Below, one piece after another: positions 19,988 through 28,686 of a stretch of DNA of 63,113 nt (its first letter is position 1; each line of letters begins with the position of its first letter). The stretch spans positions 1 through 63,113 of the forward strand of contig CAWUJX010000001.1 of the NCBI GenBank assembly GCA_963922635.1, in the 5' to 3' direction. Below the pieces are notes generated by a model. That model was not told the origin of the DNA, searched no databases, and saw nothing but the letters and a program-made list of their open reading frames with translations. Source of the DNA: an uncultured Hyphomicrobiales bacterium (GTDB lineage Bacteria > Pseudomonadota > Alphaproteobacteria > Rhizobiales > Rhizobiaceae). Made by a program: the position numbers and the translations under genes.

Positions 19988-20227
19988 ATGCCGACAAGGG
20001 TTTTAATCCAAATTCGTTGCAAACCCGGGACCGCCTATCGTGTTGCAACGGAAATTGCCGATCGTGAAATCCATTCATCGCTCTATTCAACCAGCGGCGA
20101 ATACGATCTGTTTCTGCAAATGTATATCCCGGAAGACCAAGACACGGGTCGCTACATCAATGAAAAACTTCTCGATATTGAGGGCATTGAACGCACCGTG
20201 ACCACTCTGACATTCAACGCATTTTGA
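19988..20227 (+). CDS. Lrp/AsnC ligand-binding (RAM) domain protein, stand-alone
   Basis: AAGGGAG RBS 5 nt before ATG 19988. The 79-aa product MPTRVLIQIRCKPGTAYRVATEIA...GEYDLFLQMY resembles stand-alone AsnC_trans_reg domains. Confidence 0.7.
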   Translation: MPTRVLIQIRCKPGTAYRVATEIADREIHSSLYSTSGEYDLFLQMYIPEDQDTGRYINEKLLDIEGIERTVTTLTFNAF

Positions 20228-20255
20228 GCCAGAAAATTTCCAAGGGAGGAAACCA

Positions 20256-21395
20256 ATGAAATTGAAATCACTTGCTGTGGCAGCATGTCTGTCACTGTCC
20301 ACCGCGCTTAGCGCATCGGCTGAACCCGTGAAGGTGGGCATGATCACAACACTCTCCGGCGGCGGCGCAGGCCTCGGGATTGATGTTCGAGACGGCTTCA
20401 TGCTTGCGGTCAAAAAGTCAGGCAACAAAGACATCGATGTTGTCATTGAAGATGATACCCGCAAACCGGATGTCGCTGTGCAACTGGCAGACAAAATGAT
20501 CCAGTCTGAAAAAGTGGATATCCTGACAGGCATTATTTGGTCCAACCTTGCCATGGCCGTGGTTCCTGCTGCTACCGCACAGGGTAAGTTCTATTTGTCA
20601 CCCAATGCCGGGCCATCAGCGCTTGCAGGCAAAGGCTGTCATCCAAACTACTTCAACGTGGCTTGGCAGAACGACAATCTCCACGAGGCGGCAGGCGCTT
20701 ATGCTAATAACGCCGGGTTCAAAAACTCATTCATCATGGCGCCAAACTACCCGGCCGGCAAAGACGCATTGACCGGATACAAACGGTTTTTCAAAGGAGA
20801 GGTTTCCAACGAGATTTACACCAAACTGGGCCAGAAAGACTACGCAGCGGAAATCGCACAAATTCGTGCATCCGGCGCAGACAGTGTCTTCTTCTTCCTT
20901 CCTGGCGGCATGGGTATTTCGTTCATGAAGCAGTATGCTGATTCAGGTGTCGACATTCCACTCATAGGCCCCGCATTCTCCTTTGATCAGGGAATTCTTC
21001 AAGCCGTGGGAGATGCAGCACTTGGCGTCAAAAACACGTCTCAATGGAACAAAGATATCGACAATGCCGCCAACAAAGCATTCGTCGATGCTTTCAAAGC
21101 CGAATACGGACGCCTGCCGTCACTTTATGCGAGCCAGGGGTACGACACCGCAAACCTTATTCTTTCGGCGATGGGCAAGGCCAGCGTAAAAGACGCCGAC
21201 GCATTTCGTGCGGCGTTGAAAGCGGCTGAATTTGACAGCGTACGTGGCGACTTCAAGTTCGGTTCAAATCAGCACCCGGTGCAAAACATCTATGTTCGTG
21301 AAGTGATCAAGGAGGGTGATGTACTCACCAACAAGATCATCGCGACCGGTCTGGAAAACCACACAGATGCTTATGCGGGCGACTGCAAGCTTTAG
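20256..21395 (+). CDS. ABC transporter substrate-binding protein (LivJ/Peripla_BP_6-like)
   Basis: Signal peptide MKLKSLAVAACLSLSTALSASA, then EPVKVGMITTLSGGGAGLG, typical of branched-chain amino acid/amide type SBPs. Confidence 0.85.
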   Translation: MKLKSLAVAACLSLSTALSASAEPVKVGMITTLSGGGAGLGIDVRDGFMLAVKKSGNKDIDVVIEDDTRKPDVAVQLADKMIQSEKVDILTGIIWSNLAMAVVPAATAQGKFYLSPNAGPSALAGKGCHPNYFNVAWQNDNLHEAAGAYANNAGFKNSFIMAPNYPAGKDALTGYKRFFKGEVSNEIYTKLGQKDYAAEIAQIRASGADSVFFFLPGGMGISFMKQYADSGVDIPLIGPAFSFDQGILQAVGDAALGVKNTSQWNKDIDNAANKAFVDAFKAEYGRLPSLYASQGYDTANLILSAMGKASVKDADAFRAALKAAEFDSVRGDFKFGSNQHPVQNIYVREVIKEGDVLTNKIIATGLENHTDAYAGDCKL

Positions 21396-21405
21396 TCAAA
21401 CGTTC

Positions 21406-21430
21406 GGCGGGGCATGCCGATTGCCCCGCC
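21406..21430 (+). terminator. GC-rich hairpin downstream of the SBP gene
   Basis: GGCGGGGCA-N7-TGCCCCGCC, a 9-bp perfect stem with no clear U-tract. Confidence 0.45.
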
Positions 21431-21531
21431 CATACAATTGCCATTTGCAAAGCACTGCTCCAATCATTAAAGTAGACTCAATCGAACAGGTATTTTCCGG
21501 TTCGACTTTGTATTTTGGAAAGCAGTGAACC

Positions 21532-22008
21532 ATGCGCCTTACCAAACAAACTAATTATGCCTTTCGGATATTGATGTATTGCGCTGCCAACCACGGCAAG
21601 CTCAGTCAGGTCAGCGATATCGCGAACGCGTATGGCTTATCAGATGTGTTTCTATTCAAAATCCTGAAACCACTCACAAAGAATGGTCTGGTCGAATCCG
21701 TTCGCGGTAGAAATGGCGGCATACGTCTGGCGAAAGAGCCGGATGCAATTCGGCTTTCCGAAGTGGTTCGCGTAACCGAAGATAATTTCGAAATGGCGGA
21801 ATGCTTCAAAGATGATGGAGCAGATTGCCCCCTTGTAAATGCGTGCGAGTTAAACTCCGCGTTGCGCAAGGCGCTGAATGCCTTCTTCACAGTGCTCGAC
21901 AAATACACCATTGAAGACCTCGCCGTAAACCGTTTCCGCATCGATCTGATCCTTGGCATTCCCCAAGACGATGCAATTGCTCAAGCAGGAAGCGCCAACG
22001 CTAACTAA
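21532..22008 (+). CDS. Rrf2 family transcriptional regulator
   Basis: MRLTKQTNYAFRILMYCA... wHTH, with Cys residues in the C-terminal half. Confidence 0.85.
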   Translation: MRLTKQTNYAFRILMYCAANHGKLSQVSDIANAYGLSDVFLFKILKPLTKNGLVESVRGRNGGIRLAKEPDAIRLSEVVRVTEDNFEMAECFKDDGADCPLVNACELNSALRKALNAFFTVLDKYTIEDLAVNRFRIDLILGIPQDDAIAQAGSANAN

Positions 22009-22050
22009 GGATGCTTAGTTGCCGTGCTCGGCAATTCAGCAGTGGTTTCA

Positions 22051-22449
22051 TTATAACGGTGCAGGTCCTGAGCCAAGATCATCCATGATCGGACAATCCG
22101 GGTGGCCATCACCGCGACAAGCAAGTGCAAGGCTTGTAAGCGTGTTGCGTAGCGACTGAAGTTGATCAATCTTGCTGTCTATTTCAGCTATTTTGGCTTC
22201 GGCCAAATGCTTGACATCAGCACTCGCACGTTTTTGATCTTCGTAGAGGGACAAAAGGAGCCGACACTCCTCAACAGAAAAACCCAGTGATCTGGCCCGT
22301 TGAACGAATGACAATAGATGCACATCCTGATCACTATATTCGCGATATCCGTTCGACGCCCTACCGGGCCGCACAAGCCCGATATCCTCATAATATCGGA
22401 TGGTCTTTGCAGGCAGATTTGAGCGTTGTGCGGCAGTTCCAATATTCAC
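22051..22449 (-). CDS. heavy-metal-responsive MerR family regulator (CueR/CadR subgroup)
   Basis: NIGTAAQRSNLPAKTIRYYEDIGL HTH, RHSADVK-like RASADVK, and C-terminal C-x7-C loop (CRGDGHPDCPI). AAGGAGG RBS lies 5 nt before GTG 22449; the ORF-track start at 22467 is TTG. Confidence 0.85.
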   Translation of the reverse strand: MNIGTAAQRSNLPAKTIRYYEDIGLVRPGRASNGYREYSDQDVHLLSFVQRARSLGFSVEECRLLLSLYEDQKRASADVKHLAEAKIAEIDSKIDQLQSLRNTLTSLALACRGDGHPDCPIMDDLGSGPAPL

Positions 22450-22476
22450 CGAAGCCTCCTTTTCCAAGAAAATCGA

Positions 22477-22507
22477 TTGACCTTCCAGTTACTGGAAGCC
22501 CTAACTT
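22477..22507 (+). promoter_or_regulatory. MerR-type promoter/operator: TTGACC-19 bp-TAACTT with dyad CTTCCAG-TTA-CTGGAAG
   Basis: Read directly from the sequence. The 19-bp spacer and the CTTCC/GGAAG dyad closely resemble my recollection of the E. coli copA promoter (TTGACCTTCC...GGAAGG...TAACCT). It is divergent to the MerR gene and sits 13 nt upstream of ATG 22520. Confidence 0.8.
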
Positions 22508-22519
22508 GCGCCCACAACA

Positions 22520-23320
22520 ATGACAAATCAAGACATACCCATGACCACAGTCTCAACCAATCAAGACGAAACGGCAACAGACACCGCACCTAAGGCAAAC
22601 GAGGCTACACTTTATCGGATCGTTCGGTCTGATCACATGTGCCCACATGGCTTGAAAGCGAAAGACTATTTAGAGCGCCGCGGGCTGAAGGTGCATGACC
22701 ATCATCTGAAAACCAAAGAAGCGACTGCTGATTTCCGTGCGGAACATGGGGTCAAAACCACACCACAGATATGGATTGGTGACAAACATATCGGCGGCTT
22801 TGACGACCTTCGGAGCCATTTTGGTGAAAAAGTGAGAAAGCCCGGCGAGACCACCTACAGGCCCGTATTGACTATTTTCGCAATGGCAGCACTCATGGCA
22901 CTCGCTTTGAGCTTCGCTTTTGATGGCACGATATTCACGATCAAATCCATTGAGTGGTTTGTGGCGATCACCGTTTGTTTCCTCGCGGTTCAAAAACTGC
23001 AGGATGTCGAAAAATTTTCCACCATGTTTCTCAATTATGATCTGCTGGCGCGAAGGTGGGTTCCCTACGGAAGGATTTATCCTTACGCAGAAGCGCTGGG
23101 TGGGGTCTTAATGTTGACCGGAGCATTCATGTGGATCGCCGCACCAATCATGCTGTTTGTGGGAACCATCGGTGCTGTTTCTGTTTTCAAGGCAGTCTAC
23201 ATAGACAAGCGCGATCTAAGATGTGCCTGCGTTGGTGGCGATAGCAACGTGCCCTTGGGTTTTGTGTCACTCACCGAAAACCTGTTTATGATGGGTATGG
23301 GTGTGTGGATGCTGCTTTAA
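22520..23320 (+). CDS. glutaredoxin-like domain fused to a MauE/DoxX-type membrane domain
   Basis: The N-terminal part (MCPHGLKAKDYLERRGL...TTPQIWIGDKHIGGFDDL) is a glutaredoxin fold with a single CPH. The C-terminal part has 4-5 TM helices and a CxC (CACVGGD), as in MauE-family proteins. Confidence 0.7.
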   Translation: MTNQDIPMTTVSTNQDETATDTAPKANEATLYRIVRSDHMCPHGLKAKDYLERRGLKVHDHHLKTKEATADFRAEHGVKTTPQIWIGDKHIGGFDDLRSHFGEKVRKPGETTYRPVLTIFAMAALMALALSFAFDGTIFTIKSIEWFVAITVCFLAVQKLQDVEKFSTMFLNYDLLARRWVPYGRIYPYAEALGGVLMLTGAFMWIAAPIMLFVGTIGAVSVFKAVYIDKRDLRCACVGGDSNVPLGFVSLTENLFMMGMGVWMLL

Positions 23321-23456
23321 GACCACAATCAAACCATGCCTGAAACTGTATCCAAACCCACTTCTCATCGTTCTGGTTCACGTCATTCAACTGTCATAAC
23401 ACCTCTTGCAGTATGGTATACTGAAAGTTCAAGTATAGATTGAAATTGAGTGTATC

Positions 23457-24236
23457 GTGAAACTCATACACATTTCTGATATTCACATCCATCCAGAGCT
23501 GATCAGGGATGAAGACCCTGTCAAAAACTTCGAACTCTGCATGACCCACGTAGAAAAAAATCACGCCGACGCCGATATGGTGGTCATTACAGGCGACCTC
23601 ACACATCGTGGTCTAATTGGCTCATACGAAAAGCTGAAAGAGCTTTTAAGAAATTGGCGTTTCGATCCGCATCTGATCATCGGAAATCATGACCATAGGG
23701 AAACGTTTCAAAACTTTTTTCCAGAAACAAGGAAGGACAAAAACGGTTACGTCCAATACACAGTAAGCAGACCCGAAGGCCGGTTCATATTTCTGGACAC
23801 AGTTCAGGCCGGAACTGACGCGGGGTATTTTTGCAGTGATCGACAAGCCTGGTTCCGAAAGCAACTGGCGGAAGCTGTCAGCGAACACAGACCGATCTAT
23901 CTTTTCATGCACCACAATCCAGTGGCCGTAGGGATCACAGGCTCCGATGCAATCGGCTTGACAGACGGGGAAGCATTCCGGGCAATTCTGTCAGAGTTCA
24001 GGTCTCAAATACGGCATCTGTTTTTCGGGCACTGTCACTACATCCTGTCGGGAAGTGTGTGCGGCATCCCGATGTCAGCACCCCGATCAACAAACCATGC
24101 CTGCATTCCGGATTTCAGCGGATCGAGTAAAATCAGATTTGGTAGCTTGCCACCAACCTACAACGTTTGCCTGCTGGAAGATGATTCAATGATTGTCCAC
24201 TCGATTGACTTCCGCGACGGTGACGCCCCCGCCTAG
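23457..24236 (+). CDS. metallophosphoesterase (CpdA-like phosphodiesterase)
   Basis: Motifs ISDIHI, GDLTHRG, GNHD, MHH and GHCH. The start codon is GTG. Confidence 0.85.
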   Translation: MKLIHISDIHIHPELIRDEDPVKNFELCMTHVEKNHADADMVVITGDLTHRGLIGSYEKLKELLRNWRFDPHLIIGNHDHRETFQNFFPETRKDKNGYVQYTVSRPEGRFIFLDTVQAGTDAGYFCSDRQAWFRKQLAEAVSEHRPIYLFMHHNPVAVGITGSDAIGLTDGEAFRAILSEFRSQIRHLFFGHCHYILSGSVCGIPMSAPRSTNHACIPDFSGSSKIRFGSLPPTYNVCLLEDDSMIVHSIDFRDGDAPA

Positions 24237-25529
24237 CCAGCCTTGGGCGATGGAAAACATCGAACAATCTATTCCGGTCTTGTGCTTGGCATAGGCCCAC
24301 AGGCAGGCAGATAGAATGAGATTTGCCATTGTATACCCAATCGCGGCTGCCATTATGCCGATGGACCCGTAACCAATCAGAATAAATGAGATCGCAATAA
24401 TTACGCTCAGGACACTTATCTTTAGCGTCATCCCGTGAAAATTGTGTATCGCGAGGATAAGCGCTGCCGGACCAAACACCGCCCGGATGATCATGGTGGC
24501 AGAAACGACCAATAGGACGGCAACGGAACCCGTGGCCTGTGTGGAAAAAATACCAAGTAAAAATCTACCAAGAACCGCGAATACAAGCATAACGACGGTT
24601 GAGTAAGCCAGAGACGCAAGGTTCACTTGCCGGAGTTTCTTTTGCAGCCCCGCCCTATTCCCAGCCACAGATTCCTCAGTGATCTCAGGCATCATCAGCA
24701 TGTGAATGGTGCGCATGCCGAAACCAGCCAATACCCGGTAGCGAAAGCAAACATGCAGGATGGCAATCTCAATCGAGCCGGCCATGATGCTAATGCAAAG
24801 TAAAATGATATCGATCAAAAAGTCCGAAAGCAGAGTGATGCCCATCCATGGAAGAGCTGCATTTCGCCATCGAGATCGATCGGATTTCCCATCAAGTTCA
24901 GAAAACCCTCGAAGGTGTTTTCGATTCCAAAAAAAGAAAAATCCCAAAGCTATCCAGATGGAAGCCACCAGCAACCAGAGGATCTGCTCGATGGATACGG
25001 CAACACCCGAGGCCAGGAATAATGTTGCAAGTATCAGGAAGCTGAGTGGTCTAAAGAGGGTTTCGGGGACCAGTCCCGAAACCTGCTGTTTCATGCCGAC
25101 AAGGACAGCGCTGTTAAAACCTAAGACAGCAGTTGCGGCTGCACCGCTCAAAGCGGCAAAACCGAGCAGCAGGTTTCCTTCAAAATGCACCAAGGCCCCA
25201 CTGAAATAAGCGGCTATTAATCCAAAGCTCAGCACAAATAGGAGAATTGCACCTTGTCGGTAAGCATTGTTAGTGAAGCCCTTCCTCAATTCGGGCTGAT
25301 CCAATTTTGCATATTCTGCGATGAATATGGGGGCCACTGGCGTAAATCCGGCGGAAATTAACACCGCTGTGACGCTCATCAAAGATACGAAAATCGCGTA
25401 TGTCGAGAGCGCTTCAAACCCGAGGTAATGGACGATCAGTAGGTTTGCAGCAAAGAGAGACGCCGCTCCCAAAACCCGAGCCCCGACGAGCAATCCGAAG
25501 TGTATGAACCTTTGGAAGTCCACGGTCAC
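24186..25529 (-). CDS. polysaccharide/oligosaccharide flippase-like membrane protein (MOP/Wzx-type)
   Basis: 447 aa with about 12-14 hydrophobic helices and a GTG start 6 nt after the upstream stop. It is the last gene of a 5-gene operon. Its 3' end overlaps the convergent phosphoesterase gene by 51 nt. Confidence 0.6.
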   Translation of the reverse strand: MTVDFQRFIHFGLLVGARVLGAASLFAANLLIVHYLGFEALSTYAIFVSLMSVTAVLISAGFTPVAPIFIAEYAKLDQPELRKGFTNNAYRQGAILLFVLSFGLIAAYFSGALVHFEGNLLLGFAALSGAAATAVLGFNSAVLVGMKQQVSGLVPETLFRPLSFLILATLFLASGVAVSIEQILWLLVASIWIALGFFFFWNRKHLRGFSELDGKSDRSRWRNAALPWMGITLLSDFLIDIILLCISIMAGSIEIAILHVCFRYRVLAGFGMRTIHMLMMPEITEESVAGNRAGLQKKLRQVNLASLAYSTVVMLVFAVLGRFLLGIFSTQATGSVAVLLVVSATMIIRAVFGPAALILAIHNFHGMTLKISVLSVIIAISFILIGYGSIGIMAAAIGYTMANLILSACLWAYAKHKTGIDCSMFSIAQGWLGGGVTVAEVNRVDNH

Positions 25530-25535
25530 TATCCG

Positions 25536-26696
25536 TCACTTCCTGCTCAAAAGACTATGCGAGAACCGCTTGAGAGAAGAAAGAATTGATCTGGCGCGAA
25601 AAGCGGCAAACCCTGTAACACTTGCCGAAAACGAGTTTGAAAAATGGTACCTTGGTGGCGCTAATAGGATGTGGCCTGATTTGCCGACAAAACCTTTTTT
25701 GAACTGATGCAGTCCCTTGTCGAGATCGTTTCCGCCCAGATCATACCACTGGATGTCATCCTGCCCGCAAAGGTATTCTGCCATCCACCAATGCATTGCA
25801 TAACCGGCCTTGAGGGGTAGCGCGCGATCATCTGTGGCTCCAAACATGTAGCTCGACATGTCACCACTCGCATGGAAGACGCCACCCGCTGTGAGAGCAC
25901 CATTATGATAGACAAGAAGCATCAGTGGTCGTGTTTCAGTCGGACTGTTGCGAATGATGTCTTCAAGCGCACCTATGGCAGACGCATCAAGGAACTTCTT
26001 GCGCTCGATCATTTGCCCATACAAACCAAGAAACTCATCAAGGCCCTCACGCGCATCAACCAGCTTAATCTCAAGATCGTTTTTCAACGACTTGCGCATA
26101 TTGTAGCGCCATTTTTGATCGAGATTTGCTTTCAAGGTTTCTGCACCATCGTGCACGTTCACAATGTAACGCTCAGGCGCAGCCAACCCCTCACCAATCT
26201 TGAAATCCATCTTGATCAGTGTCTCTTCACACCGTTCCGAGACATCCGGTTTTGCGCACGGCATCACCGTCAGATTGAAGTTTCGTTTGACGCAATATTC
26301 ATGCTTTAGACAGGCGACGACCTCCGCATATCTGTTCAGTGAAAACGCCTCGCCTCGTTGCTGGCAAAGCGGGCCCCACTTCAAGATAGCAATACCAGTA
26401 TTCGAAAACGGGATTGTCTTTATAATAACCACGCCCCCGCCAATTACTGTTTCACCGGCTTTCACAACGGCAAACTCAAGGTTCTCCTCGCCCCAATGCC
26501 CTGTGTTGAAACACCCCATTTGTTCTGGGATCAAATCTGTAAACCGGGCAGCAATCTTGTCCCACTCCGCAGCAGTAACCAGTTCGACTTGAGCTAAAGA
26601 CGTCTCTACGGCAGCGTCATGCCCGAACTGTTTTGTTTTGGTAAGTGCACGGGCAACATTACCGTCATAGCTCAGTTTTGTGATCGTAGACGTCAT
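25536..26696 (-). CDS. FemAB-family (GNAT-fold) aminoacyl/acyl transferase
   Basis: 386 aa. Its duplicated GNAT-like layout and sequence resemble the FemAB-related proteins associated with EPS loci. Its start overlaps the ATP-grasp stop. Confidence 0.6.
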   Translation of the reverse strand: MTSTITKLSYDGNVARALTKTKQFGHDAAVETSLAQVELVTAAEWDKIAARFTDLIPEQMGCFNTGHWGEENLEFAVVKAGETVIGGGVVIIKTIPFSNTGIAILKWGPLCQQRGEAFSLNRYAEVVACLKHEYCVKRNFNLTVMPCAKPDVSERCEETLIKMDFKIGEGLAAPERYIVNVHDGAETLKANLDQKWRYNMRKSLKNDLEIKLVDAREGLDEFLGLYGQMIERKKFLDASAIGALEDIIRNSPTETRPLMLLVYHNGALTAGGVFHASGDMSSYMFGATDDRALPLKAGYAMHWWMAEYLCGQDDIQWYDLGGNDLDKGLHQFKKGFVGKSGHILLAPPRYHFSNSFSASVTGFAAFRARSILSSLKRFSHSLLSRK

Positions 26697-27949
26697 GGGA
26701 AGCTCCGTTCATTTTTGGAGTAGATCGTGTTTTCGCCGGGATGAGTAGCTCGAATTCTCCACCTCGCGACCCGTGGGGTTAAGGCAAAAATTCCCCTTAT
26801 TGCGGGATATGGATCGCGAAAACTAAACACCATGTGCAAGTCCGCTTTAATGGCGGTGGTTAGCGCTCGCCTTACCCACCCTATAAACGATAAAACGCCG
26901 ATCTCACGACGGATGAGCGAGACTTTAGCCCCCATCAGATCGCCCGTCAGCCAACTGTACCGCAAACCCGCCGGCGATATTTTTACTTCGGTGTCCAATT
27001 CTTCATGGACGATCCTCTCAAAATTGAACCATCCAAGTTCAAGTCCGGCATGTTCTGGCAGTGCGTGGTTGCCGGCGATCCGCGGATTGATTTCCAAAAA
27101 CGAAGTCTTGCCGCTCACCTCATCAACCAGAAATTGCGCACATCCAATTCCGGTATAACTCAATGCATCCAACAGTCTTTGTGTTTGGTGGACCACAATA
27201 TGTTCGGTGTTGAGCGTTCGTCCCTCTACGGCCAGCCCGGAGCCATCCAACTTGTCTGTACGGTCAATAATCGCATGGAGGCATCGGGTAATGTTTCCAC
27301 CGATGGCAGCAAAATAGACATTGTGTCGTTTGCCCTCAAACTTAGTTTGAAGAAGTAAGTCGTGTTGCCTTAAATCATGTGCGAGAATGCATTCGCGCAA
27401 TTCGCTATCAGTTTCAACACATACGGCTTTGTCGCCTCCGATCCGTTTGGTAGAGTCTTTTGGACGAACGATTATTGGGAACTCAACCCCATCTGAGATC
27501 GCTTTCGAAGCGCCTGACAAACCTTTGACGTATGAATATGGCGCCGTGAACACACCCACGGACATCGCCAGGCTCAGCATGTACTCCTTGTCGAGACATC
27601 GTATGACCAGGTCGCGATCCATGGATACTACAGGCGGCAAACCATCAAAGATCGGCTCATTTTCAGCAAACAACCGGACATATTCTTCTGCCACCGGAAC
27701 AACAGCAACCAGTTCCGGGTGCGATATTGAATATTGCTTCAGTTCTTTTGCAAATACTTTAACACCTGAATTAAGCGGTGAGTGTTCCCAAATCGACGAC
27801 ACAGCTTGGCTATATTGGCAAAGCCTTTCGCATCCATGACTTCCGACACTAATGTCATAACCGCGTCGAACAAAGTCGCGCGCCAACGTAAGGGATGGCC
27901 GGTAGTTCCCTAAAAGCAAGACGCGAGGTTTTCTTAGTGGGTTCATCAT
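26693..27949 (-). CDS. ATP-grasp domain protein (carboxylate-amine ligase type)
   Basis: Starts at MMNPLRKPRVLLLG (pre-ATP-grasp Rossmann-like region), with FPIIVRPKDS and CAQFLVDEVSGKTSFLEINPRIAGN motifs. ATG 27949 lies 1 nt after the upstream TGA. Confidence 0.7.
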   Translation of the reverse strand: MMNPLRKPRVLLLGNYRPSLTLARDFVRRGYDISVGSHGCERLCQYSQAVSSIWEHSPLNSGVKVFAKELKQYSISHPELVAVVPVAEEYVRLFAENEPIFDGLPPVVSMDRDLVIRCLDKEYMLSLAMSVGVFTAPYSYVKGLSGASKAISDGVEFPIIVRPKDSTKRIGGDKAVCVETDSELRECILAHDLRQHDLLLQTKFEGKRHNVYFAAIGGNITRCLHAIIDRTDKLDGSGLAVEGRTLNTEHIVVHQTQRLLDALSYTGIGCAQFLVDEVSGKTSFLEINPRIAGNHALPEHAGLELGWFNFERIVHEELDTEVKISPAGLRYSWLTGDLMGAKVSLIRREIGVLSFIGWVRRALTTAIKADLHMVFSFRDPYPAIRGIFALTPRVARWRIRATHPGENTIYSKNERSFP

Positions 27950-27950
27950 G

Positions 27951-28685
27951 TCATTCCACCTTCGGGACCAGCAAAGCGTTGGTGACAAGTTTAGAAAACG
28001 TGGTGATGTGAAATGATGCCCAGCAGAAAATCCCGAAAAATTTTGCACCATCTTCAAGCAGGACGAGATTGCTATTGAGGCTTTGGAAAACAACGTCCAC
28101 CGTTACACTTAACGCGAGTGCACTTGCCCCCATCGCCAGGATCCAAAAATCACTCCGCAGCATATTCTTCAAATTTAAAGCAAAATACCCCGCACCGAGG
28201 ATCAGATAGAGGGAAATAACTGCGTTTTGTGGGATGCCAAACGCTGGAAATACGGTCTCATGGAGCAGGAAGGCATCATCCAAAGCCACCCATCCGGTTA
28301 GCACACCAGCCATCAGTGGAAAGGCTATCAATCTAAATTCTGACTTTGCTAACACCAGTTGAAACGCAGCAAAGAGGCTGATCGCGGCCGTCGACGCCCA
28401 AAGAATGATCCCAGCGGTGGAGACAAACCCATAGTGAGAATGACAACAGTCTCCCGATAATTCAGCTGCTGTAAGGGGATCAAGAAACATCCACTTGGGG
28501 TCGACCCATGGTTGGAACACGACCACCGAGAGGAAAAGAACCGGCAAAAGAAATGTAAGAGCGCGGATCCACCAGTCAGTGACCGTTGAGGATCGACCAC
28601 GCACTATTTCCATACATTCGCCAATACTGGCCGACTGTTTCCTGTCGCGTAATTCCAGTTTCACTGACCGAATGCCGGGATCCAT
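27951..28685 (-). CDS. polytopic membrane protein, function unknown
   Basis: About 6 hydrophobic helices. ATG 28685 lies 1 nt after the upstream stop; the longer ORF-track form would overlap the upstream gene by 83 nt. Confidence 0.55.
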   Translation of the reverse strand: MDPGIRSVKLELRDRKQSASIGECMEIVRGRSSTVTDWWIRALTFLLPVLFLSVVVFQPWVDPKWMFLDPLTAAELSGDCCHSHYGFVSTAGIILWASTAAISLFAAFQLVLAKSEFRLIAFPLMAGVLTGWVALDDAFLLHETVFPAFGIPQNAVISLYLILGAGYFALNLKNMLRSDFWILAMGASALALSVTVDVVFQSLNSNLVLLEDGAKFFGIFCWASFHITTFSKLVTNALLVPKVE

Positions 28686-28686
28686 A

